From Candidatus Komeilibacteria bacterium CG11_big_fil_rev_8_21_14_0_20_36_20 (GTDB taxonomy: Bacteria > Patescibacteriota > Patescibacteriia > UBA1558 > GWA2-36-10), in NCBI GenBank assembly GCA_002787405.1, contig PCWQ01000007.1:31296-95295 (forward strand): a stretch of 64,000 bases of DNA. The letters are read 5' to 3'. Positions 39,058 through 47,037 of the stretch are shown in pieces. Below the pieces are notes generated by a model. The model was not told where the DNA came from and did no database searches. It saw nothing but the letters and a program-made list of their open reading frames with translations. Numbering within the stretch: position 1 is the stretch's first letter; each line of letters begins with the position of its first letter. The position numbers and the translations under genes were made by a program.

Positions 39058-40493
39058 TATGTTTTTCTAATAAGATTATAAATTTTTCTTAAAGCTTTAC
39101 CTAAAACGCCTTTCTGCTCAATGGCGATGCCTGATAAATATTCCACAGCGTAAATATCAAGGGCTAAGCCAAAAAAACGATGACGGATCCTCCACTCAAA
39201 CCAGCTGATCACTGGACCTAATCTCCAATTTAAAAATTTAAAATATTCCCGAATGCGCCAGACCTTTTTAACGTCAGTCCAAGGCGATTCAAAATTCTTG
39301 CGAAAACGATCTATTTTGCCCCAATCCTCGGTTCTGGTTGGCGGCTGAAAACCGCTTTCTATGGCAAAATCATACATTTTTGAACCAGGATAAGGCAAAT
39401 AAGCCCCAAGGGTAAAAACGGCCTGCGGATGAATTTTATAGATTTGATACAATAAATCAATAGTTGACTCAAACTCTTCTTCGGTCTCTGTCGGCAGTCC
39501 AACAATCACCGAATAGCTGGCCGGCAAATCGTATTTTTTTAAGATTTTCACTGCTTCAATTATTTTGTCTGTCGTGAATTTTTTGTCTATTAACTTCAAT
39601 AAACGGTTACTGCCAGATTCAACGCCAATAAGCATATCAAACACCCGATACTCTTTTAATTTCGCCGCTACCTCATCATTAATGGAATCAATCCTAATCT
39701 CCAGATGGGAAGGCAGATTAATGCGTTCTAATATTTCCAGAGCCCGATACTTATTAACAAAAAAATTATCATCATAAAATTTAATGGCGTCAATATTGTA
39801 TTTTTCTTTTAAAAAGTTAATATCCTCAACCACCGCATCAATAGACCAAGTGCGCCATTTATTTTTATTAAAGGCATTATTATAACAAAAAGCACAATTA
39901 AAAGGACAACCGCGGGAACTTTTATAAGCAATCGCCCTTTTATACTTTCCTAAAGGGAAAATAAATTTAGACATGTCAATTAAAGAAAAATCTAAACGGT
40001 ATTGATCAAGATTTTCTATAAAAGGCCGCCAAGGATTAATCACCGGCTGATTATTCTTTTTATAACCAACGCCCAACACTCCTTCCATTTCTTTCTGATC
40101 TACAATCCGCTGGGTAAACTCAACCACACTGATTTCACCCTCGGAAATAATAACATAATCAATATAATCTTCCTGCAGACATTGTTCTGGTAAAAGTGAA
40201 GGATGGATACCGCCCCACAAAACAGGAATGGAACTTTTGGCTTTAATCCTTTGTGATAACTCGGCGCTGTGTTGAGTTTGGATACCGGTCATGATCGACA
40301 AACCAAAATATAACGGCTTTTCTTTAACAATATAATCAGCCGTGTCATTAATTTCTTTTTCAGTAATATTAATCAACTCTACCGTAAAACCTGCTTCTTT
40401 TAGAGCACTGCCCACGCATAAAATCCCCATTGGCAGAATCTTCTCTGAATGATCTTGACTATAATTAATTTGCGCTAAAATAATCTTAGGCAT
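39057..40493 (-). CDS. B12-binding radical SAM enzyme
   Basis: LPMGILCVG, WGGIHPS, SEGE, SRGCPFNCAFC, DDNF, GVESGS, PYPGS. Confidence 0.88.
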   Translation of the reverse strand: MPKIILAQINYSQDHSEKILPMGILCVGSALKEAGFTVELINITEKEINDTADYIVKEKPLYFGLSIMTGIQTQHSAELSQRIKAKSSIPVLWGGIHPSLLPEQCLQEDYIDYVIISEGEISVVEFTQRIVDQKEMEGVLGVGYKKNNQPVINPWRPFIENLDQYRLDFSLIDMSKFIFPLGKYKRAIAYKSSRGCPFNCAFCYNNAFNKNKWRTWSIDAVVEDINFLKEKYNIDAIKFYDDNFFVNKYRALEILERINLPSHLEIRIDSINDEVAAKLKEYRVFDMLIGVESGSNRLLKLIDKKFTTDKIIEAVKILKKYDLPASYSVIVGLPTETEEEFESTIDLLYQIYKIHPQAVFTLGAYLPYPGSKMYDFAIESGFQPPTRTEDWGKIDRFRKNFESPWTDVKKVWRIREYFKFLNWRLGPVISWFEWRIRHRFFGLALDIYAVEYLSGIAIEQKGVLGKALRKIYNLIRKT

Positions 40494-40498
40494 ATTCT

Positions 40499-41941
40499 CT
40501 ACTTGGTGACAAATTTCTTAGCTAGTTTAAATTCTAATGGAAAAGCAAAAAACTTTAATTTCCATCTCAACTTGCATAAGAGCACAAAAACTAATTTAAT
40601 CAATTTTTGCGCCTTAATGCTGGAGCCCATCGCGCTACTGATACTATGCGCGCCAAATCTAACATAGGCCTCCATTGATTCCACAAAATCTTTATGCTTG
40701 ACCCAAGGAAAATTTTGGACAGTTAAATAACTTAATTCATTTTCTACTAAGTGCGCCCATGCTTCTGAGTTTTGTGGAGCTTTCCAGCCAGCGGCCAAAC
40801 ATTCCTGATATAATTCTGATCCAGGATATGGCCGAAAAGCTTGTGGGCCTAAAATCTGCACTTTATTATCTAATTTAATCAACTTGTCAATCAAATCCAA
40901 GGTCATTCTCATATCTTTTTTGGATTCACCGGGCAAACCAATCATAAAAGAATATTGCGGGATAATATCATATTTTAAACACATCTTAGCTGAATGTAAA
41001 ATTTCCGCCGGTGTAATATCTTTTTTAATTTTTTTTAAGATAATCGGACTACCTGACTCCGCGCCAAAAGATAATAAATAACAACCTGACCTTTTCAGTT
41101 TTGCCATTAACTGATCATCAATCCTTCCTTCTCTAATATAATTAGCCCTGACTGTTGTTTCCCAAGGAATAGTTAATCCTTTTGCAATCATACCTTCGAT
41201 AATTTTCTTTGATCTTTCAATATCCACAAAAAAATTTTCGTCCCAAAAACGCAATCTCTTACCTTTAAAATAATCTTTCTCCTTAATTATTTTGATATCT
41301 TCCAAAACCTGCCCCACTGTGCGATATCTCCACCTATTCTTCAAAATGGCATTAATACAAAAAGTACATCTGTGTGGACATCCTCTCGAAGTTAAAGAAG
41401 GAATGATATCTAATTTATACAAAATACTCTTAGGCATTAGATCCCATTTAAATAAAGGCATCTTGGCCGGATCATGTAATTCCTGAGGCGGATTAATAAC
41501 AATGCTGCTATCTTTATAGGCAATGCCTTGAATTTTATTTAAATCCTTATGACTGGCGATCTCATACAAAGTATGTTCTCCCTCACCCACACAAACAATA
41601 TCCACTAAGGGATGGTCAATGGTCTGCTCAACAAAAAATGTTGGGTGCGAGCCCCCCCAAATAATCGTGCAGTCTGGCTTAATATCCTTAATAAATTTAC
41701 TAACTTCCAAAGCATTGGAAATTTGAGTGGTCATCACGGAAATGCCAGCATAATCACAGTCAACAATCTTTTCTTTTATTAAATCAAAATAATTCTTTTC
41801 ACGAGCACCATCAACAATCTCCACCGGCATGTCTTTACTATTCAAATAACTAGCTAAACTTAACAAGCCAACCGAAATTGAGCTGTCATAATTTTCTTTG
41901 GCAATATTAAAAGGTGGATTGATTAATAAAACTTTACTCAT
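40499..41941 (-). CDS. B12-binding radical SAM enzyme
   Basis: VGLLSLASYL, WGGSHPT, VGEGE, SRGCPHRCTFC, GAESGS, PYPGS. Confidence 0.88.
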   Translation of the reverse strand: MSKVLLINPPFNIAKENYDSSISVGLLSLASYLNSKDMPVEIVDGAREKNYFDLIKEKIVDCDYAGISVMTTQISNALEVSKFIKDIKPDCTIIWGGSHPTFFVEQTIDHPLVDIVCVGEGEHTLYEIASHKDLNKIQGIAYKDSSIVINPPQELHDPAKMPLFKWDLMPKSILYKLDIIPSLTSRGCPHRCTFCINAILKNRWRYRTVGQVLEDIKIIKEKDYFKGKRLRFWDENFFVDIERSKKIIEGMIAKGLTIPWETTVRANYIREGRIDDQLMAKLKRSGCYLLSFGAESGSPIILKKIKKDITPAEILHSAKMCLKYDIIPQYSFMIGLPGESKKDMRMTLDLIDKLIKLDNKVQILGPQAFRPYPGSELYQECLAAGWKAPQNSEAWAHLVENELSYLTVQNFPWVKHKDFVESMEAYVRFGAHSISSAMGSSIKAQKLIKLVFVLLCKLRWKLKFFAFPLEFKLAKKFVTK

Positions 41942-41942
41942 G

Positions 41943-43097
41943 CTACACTTCTTTTAACAATTTTACTGTTTCATTAATTGTATTTTCCCAATTAAATTTC
42001 TTTAAAGTTAACTTAGCATTATTAACTAAATTATCAGCAAATTGTTCATCACTTAATATTTTGATAGCTGCATTCTTTAATTCTTCAATATTATTATAAC
42101 CAATTAATAAACCATTTCTATGATTCTCAATAACTTCCGGGTTACCTCCAATATTAGTTGTAATGATTGGAACGGCTGCTTTAATAGCTTCTAATAAAGT
42201 ATGTGATAAACCTTCATAATTTGTATTTAAAACAAATAGATCTGCTGCCTTAAAATAATTGATAATTTCATCATGTCTAATTCTGCCCAGAAAATGAACA
42301 CTATCGGCAACGTTGAATTCATTGGCTAGATGCTTTAAATTATCCATTTCCGGACCATCTCCCAAAACAAGAAAATTAACGTTACCTATTTTTTGTTTAA
42401 TCTGTGGTAAGGATTTGATAATCCCATCAACTCCTTTCCAGCGGGTAAGCCGACAGGCGGTAACAATTATCTCTGCATCCTGACCATATTGTTTTTTAAT
42501 TTCTTCAACTTTATCTAGTTGAACAACGTTGTCTTTAATAAAATCTATGGAATTATAAATAACTTTAATTCTATCTTTATCAACACCAATTTTTTCAGCG
42601 ATCATGGCAATAAAATTACTAACGGCAATAATTCTATTGGCATTAACCAAAATTTTCTGCCTTCTCTTTTTTAACCTTTCAATCTGATCATTATAAACCT
42701 TATCCTGAAAATCAACGATGTAATCCTGAGTCCAACCGCTGGCTACGGCCATCTCCCAAGCTCCGTCACCGGCAAAACGCACAATATATTTCTTACCGGT
42801 CATCTTTTTAATTAAGTAAGCAAAATATCCGACGCTATAAGTATCGGTAACATAAATTAAATCTGCCTGGCGTGACAATCTGAACATCTTCCATAAATAC
42901 TGCCAACGGCTAAAAAATTTATTTTTGACAATTCTAAAAACTTCTTCCCTATCATTATTATGTTTTTTAATATTGGAATAAGTAATTATCTGTACACTTA
43001 AACCTTTCTCCTTTAAAGAATAGGAAAGGGCTTCCAAAATTGTTGCTGGTCCTCCAATATCCGGCGGATAAATACCTGTTGCGATTAAAATTTTCAT
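41943..43097 (-). CDS. Glycosyltransferase family 4
   Basis: YPPDIGGPA, RLTRWKG, YEGLSHTLLEA. Confidence 0.9.
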   Translation of the reverse strand: MKILIATGIYPPDIGGPATILEALSYSLKEKGLSVQIITYSNIKKHNNDREEVFRIVKNKFFSRWQYLWKMFRLSRQADLIYVTDTYSVGYFAYLIKKMTGKKYIVRFAGDGAWEMAVASGWTQDYIVDFQDKVYNDQIERLKKRRQKILVNANRIIAVSNFIAMIAEKIGVDKDRIKVIYNSIDFIKDNVVQLDKVEEIKKQYGQDAEIIVTACRLTRWKGVDGIIKSLPQIKQKIGNVNFLVLGDGPEMDNLKHLANEFNVADSVHFLGRIRHDEIINYFKAADLFVLNTNYEGLSHTLLEAIKAAVPIITTNIGGNPEVIENHRNGLLIGYNNIEELKNAAIKILSDEQFADNLVNNAKLTLKKFNWENTINETVKLLKEV

Positions 43098-43202
43098 AAT
43101 TTCTATTTATAATTTATAGTAGCAACCCTGAGCGACCTCGAGTCTGTGAAGAGGGAGTCGAAGGGTGGCGATTAAAATTTTCATAATTTCTATTTATAAT
43201 TT
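43081..43202. repeat. 35-bp perfect direct repeat flanking a 52-bp REP-like hairpin insert
   Basis: GCGATTAAAATTTTCATAATTTCTATTTATAATTT at 43081-43115 and 43168-43202; insert contains ACCCTGAGCGAC...GTCGAAGGGT. Confidence 0.9.
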
Positions 43203-43923
43203 TCTTAAAAATACACACTAATGCTTGACCATAATTTTTAAACATAGGCAGTTTACAAAAATAATTATCAATAGTATGAATAAACTTATTAGAAAACCAA
43301 AATCTTGGTATCTTTAAATAATGAAGTGGAGGAAACAAAGTGCTGGCTCTGGAATCAACTAAAACGAAGTTTTGCTTCTCCATAATCTCAATCCATTTTC
43401 TTAATTTAAAATCATATTGATGTTGATTAGGGTCCCACCCTTCTTTATAAACCGTCTTGCCTTTTCTTCTAATAATTTTACGCCCGACAAATCGAAATAA
43501 ATTTTCCCATTTATCATGCATGGCCGGAAAAGTAATTAATACTTCTCCATCATCTTTTAATAACCTATAAATCTCACTTACTAACTTATCTGGATTAATA
43601 ACGTGCTCGATAATATCAATAGCAATACATTTATCAAAGGGTTCATCTAAAGGTAAATCTTCTACATTGGCTTCCCTGGCCTCAAAATTATCTATTTCAT
43701 AATATTCCATCAATTTTCGGGCGGTTTCTAAACTCTTAGAATTTATATCAACGCCTACCATTCTCTTAAAATTTCCTTTGTAGGTCAGCGCCTGTACACC
43801 GTCACCACAACCAACATTCAACACGGAATCTTCTTTGTTGATTGGAAAAAATTCTGGATAAATAACCCCCGATGTTAATTTCCCTTTTTTAAATTCAAAG
43901 TCTGGATATTTTCTTTCTCGCAT
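43114..43923 (-). CDS. Class I SAM methyltransferase; C-terminal tail derived from the repeat
   Basis: VLNVGCGDG, GVDIN, DIIEHV, LLKDDG. Confidence 0.85.
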   Translation of the reverse strand: MRERKYPDFEFKKGKLTSGVIYPEFFPINKEDSVLNVGCGDGVQALTYKGNFKRMVGVDINSKSLETARKLMEYYEIDNFEAREANVEDLPLDEPFDKCIAIDIIEHVINPDKLVSEIYRLLKDDGEVLITFPAMHDKWENLFRFVGRKIIRRKGKTVYKEGWDPNQHQYDFKLRKWIEIMEKQNFVLVDSRASTLFPPLHYLKIPRFWFSNKFIHTIDNYFCKLPMFKNYGQALVCIFKKIINRNYENFNRHPSTPSSQTRGRSGLLL

Positions 43924-43925
43924 GA

Positions 43926-45068
43926 TTATCTTTTCATATTTTGGAAAATAATCTTCATTTTAGCGGCAACGCTGTCCCAAGAATATTTTTCTAAAACAAG
44001 CTGGCGACCGTTATCAGCAATCCGCTGATATAAATCTTTATCCCTGACATATCTCTCTACGGCCTGGCCAATACTAACTGGATTTCTAACTTTACAAAAA
44101 ACTCCGGTTTCTCCATCTTTTAAAAAATCGGGAATTCCACCTACCTCTGTGCCAATAATCGGCGTGCCAAGCACCATCGCTTCCAAAAAAGAATTACCTA
44201 GTCCCTCTGATAAAGACGGGCGGATAAAAATATCAGACATTTCCACATATTTTGGCAATTGACTGTGCTCCATATAACCTAAGAATAAAACATGGTCGGC
44301 TATACCAAGCTTCTTGGCCAGATTTTTCAATTCCTCTTCATCTGGTCCAGTGCCTAAAATAATCAATTTGGCTTTAATCCCACTTTTAAACAACAAAAAA
44401 TTCATAGATTTAATCAAATCATCTAAACCGTTTTTTAAAGCCAAACGCGAAGTAGTGATGAGTACAGTTTGATCAGGGCTAATGCCTAATTCACTTTTCA
44501 TTTTCTCTTTTTCCTCCACCGACAAAGTGTTTTTAAAAACATTAAAATCAACTCCATTGGGGATTAAGACTATTTCTCCTTTATTACCCTCTTTCCTAGA
44601 ACGTTTGGCTAAAAATTTACTAATCGCCTGGGTAATTTTAGCCCGACGGTAAATTCTCTTATATAAAAAACTCCAAAACCAAGTTCTCTTTCTTAAAAAT
44701 TCATCGCTGTCTCCGCTTTGTAAAGTTAAAAGATAAGAAACTTTGATTCGGTATTTCAAAAACAAAGCAGCCAGGCCAGCATAAAAAGCCATCATACTCC
44801 AAGCAAAATCAAATTTAATTCGTCGATGGAGTTTAACCGCATAGGCAACAGCTCGAAAAGGAAATAGATATTTATCGATTTTTTTGCCTTGGCCCAGACG
44901 ATAAATATAAACCTGGCCGATTTTTTCCTGCTCCGGCCATTGGGCGTCGAATTTATTAGTAATTAAATGATATTCATTTTCCGGCAAACGATCGGTTATT
45001 TCTTTAATCGCTATTTCTGCTCCGCCGACAAAAGGATAATAGGCAATGGAAAATATTAAGATTTTCAT
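43926..45068 (-). CDS. Glycosyltransferase family 4 (first gene of the long minus-strand run)
   Basis: PFVGGAE, IPNGVD, SRLALKNG, SEGLGNSFLEAM. Confidence 0.9.
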   Translation of the reverse strand: MKILIFSIAYYPFVGGAEIAIKEITDRLPENEYHLITNKFDAQWPEQEKIGQVYIYRLGQGKKIDKYLFPFRAVAYAVKLHRRIKFDFAWSMMAFYAGLAALFLKYRIKVSYLLTLQSGDSDEFLRKRTWFWSFLYKRIYRRAKITQAISKFLAKRSRKEGNKGEIVLIPNGVDFNVFKNTLSVEEKEKMKSELGISPDQTVLITTSRLALKNGLDDLIKSMNFLLFKSGIKAKLIILGTGPDEEELKNLAKKLGIADHVLFLGYMEHSQLPKYVEMSDIFIRPSLSEGLGNSFLEAMVLGTPIIGTEVGGIPDFLKDGETGVFCKVRNPVSIGQAVERYVRDKDLYQRIADNGRQLVLEKYSWDSVAAKMKIIFQNMKR

Positions 45069-45078
45069 AAAACAAGAC

Positions 45079-45134
45079 TTGCTTTACCTTATTAAATACT
45101 ATAAAATTATACCAGTATTTACGAAATAAATCAA
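45079..45134. promoter_or_regulatory. Overlapping divergent sigma70 promoters
   Basis: Plus: TTGCTT(45079)-N17-TAAAAT(45102). Minus: TTGATT(45134)-N17-TATAAT(45111-45106) with TG extension. Confidence 0.65.
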
Positions 45135-45142
45135 TTGATAAA

Positions 45143-46342
45143 ATGCCTAATCTTAGCAAAAAAGATAAATTAAAAAACCAAAAAATCCTCTTCTTAATCA
45201 CCCAAACTAAGTGGGGTGGAGCCCAGAAGTATGTTTTAGAATTGGCTGAATACTTTAGCCAAAACAATGAAATTCACCTGACCTATGGAGAAACTGATAA
45301 TATTAACCAGCAGTTTCTAAATTATTGTAAAGAATTAAAAATCAAAACCATACCAATCCCCACTTTACACAGGAAAATAAATTTTACCAAAGATTTCCTA
45401 GCCATAGTCGATACGCTCAAAATTTTGAATAAAGAAAATTATAATTTAATTCACCTCAATAGTTCTAAAGCTAGTTTTGTCGGCAGCGTGGCTGCTAAAA
45501 TGTACAGCTATAACCCAGCCAACACAAAAACGCGGGTTGTTTACACGGCTCATGGCTTTGTCTTCAATGAACCATTGTCTAAAATAAGAAAAAAGGCATA
45601 TATCTTTTCAGAAAAAATAGCGGCTGCTTTTCAATATTTAATCATTGCTGTTTCTGAAACCGACCGGCAAAGTGCTATTGACCAGCAAATATGTAATCCT
45701 AATAAAATTTTCACCGTGCACAACGGCTTGAATTTTGATAAATATAATTTTTATAGTAAAGAAGAAGCCAGAAATAAATTAAATTTATCAGCAGATAAAA
45801 AATATTTTGGCACGATTGCCAGCTTTTATGAAACTAAGGGCTATGAATATTTAGTAGAAGCCATTAAAATACTGCGAAATAAACAGTCTCAAATCTTAAA
45901 AAATTATCAGTGGGTCTTAATTGGTGAAGGACCAAATCTAGAAAAAATAAAAAAACAAGTCGCAGACAATAATTTGTCTCCCTACATTAAATTTATTCCT
46001 GCTCAAGATAATGACTGGAAATTTTTAAAAGCTTTTGACTGTTTTATTTTGCCTTCAATCAAAGAAGGCCTGCCTTATACTATTCTGGAAGCTGGCTTAG
46101 CTCAAATTCCGATCATTGCCACCAAAGTTGGCGGTCTTCCTGAAATCATTACCAATGAAAAAACCGGCTTATTGATAACGCCGGCTAATCCTCTCTCTTT
46201 AGCGCAAGCTATGGAAAAAATGTCTCAAGATCATGATCTCTCTGAAAAATTTGCAGAAAGCAACTATCAAAATATTAAAAATAATTTTAATCTCCAAAAT
46301 ACTTTAGATAAGACTGAAGAACTATATTTAAAATTATTTTAA
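45143..46342 (+). CDS. Glycosyltransferase family 4
   Basis: WGGAQKYV, YTAHG, VHNG, KEGLPYTILEA. Confidence 0.9.
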   Translation: MPNLSKKDKLKNQKILFLITQTKWGGAQKYVLELAEYFSQNNEIHLTYGETDNINQQFLNYCKELKIKTIPIPTLHRKINFTKDFLAIVDTLKILNKENYNLIHLNSSKASFVGSVAAKMYSYNPANTKTRVVYTAHGFVFNEPLSKIRKKAYIFSEKIAAAFQYLIIAVSETDRQSAIDQQICNPNKIFTVHNGLNFDKYNFYSKEEARNKLNLSADKKYFGTIASFYETKGYEYLVEAIKILRNKQSQILKNYQWVLIGEGPNLEKIKKQVADNNLSPYIKFIPAQDNDWKFLKAFDCFILPSIKEGLPYTILEAGLAQIPIIATKVGGLPEIITNEKTGLLITPANPLSLAQAMEKMSQDHDLSEKFAESNYQNIKNNFNLQNTLDKTEELYLKLF

Positions 46343-46908
46343 CCTTCGAGGTCGATTTCAACTAATCTTCTGATATAAACATCTAAATTCTTAGTATACT
46401 CTTGAAAGTCAACTAGATAATCCTGGTTGACTAATTTAAATTTTGCTCGATGAATATAATCATAATGGGAGCTGTAGAGCCAATCATTAATATTCTTTGT
46501 TAACTTATGTTTAAGCGGATTTAGATTAATATAACTAATGACAGTCTCAAGATAATTATCATCTTCGACAAGTTTAGACTTAAATGAACCCGCAAAAATT
46601 CTCCCTGAATGCTCTTTATGTATATTAAAATATTTACTATAAGAATTAGATAAAAGTGAAATAAAACGAGATATAGCTGATGATTCGACCTTCGAGGTCA
46701 AATCCGGCTCTTGCAATAGAAAATGCCAATGGTTGGGCATTACGCAATAAGCTAGAATTTTAACATGCGTTTTTTCTTTATAAAATAAAGCTTTTTCAAG
46801 AAAATAAGTATAATCTTGCTCCGTATAAAAAATAGTCCTTTTTTCCACCGCACGATTATAAATATGGTGGATAGTATTGGGGAAAAAATTTCTTGGTTTA
46901 TTAGGCAT
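46339..46908 (-). mobile_element. REP-associated tyrosine transposase (RAYT, Y1/HUH, IS200-like fold)
   Basis: HHIYNRA, AYCVMPNHWH (HUH), GRIF..SF, YINLNP, WLYSS. Confidence 0.88.
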
Positions 46909-47037
46909 AAAACAAAATCAACCTCGAAGGTTGTTTCAACCTTCGAGGTTATAAATCAAAAATAAAAAAACCGCTTTTCTTCATATGTAAAATAATATCC
47001 AAATCTTACAATATTGTCAACCAACCTTCGAGGTCAA
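46340..47037. repeat. Five REP palindromes (core ACCTTCGAGGT / ACCTCGAAGGT) around and inside the RAYT
   Basis: Copies at 46340-46355, 46682-46704 (intragenic), 46919-46933, 46938-46950 and 47022-47037. Confidence 0.88.
46992..47020 (-). promoter_or_regulatory. sigma70 promoter for the RAYT
   Basis: TTGACA-N17-TATTAT on the minus strand. Confidence 0.65.

Noticed and set aside
46339-46908. IS200/IS605 element with TnpB
   Set aside because: No tnpB/iscB; multiple dispersed palindromes and the NP...W..SS tail fit a RAYT.
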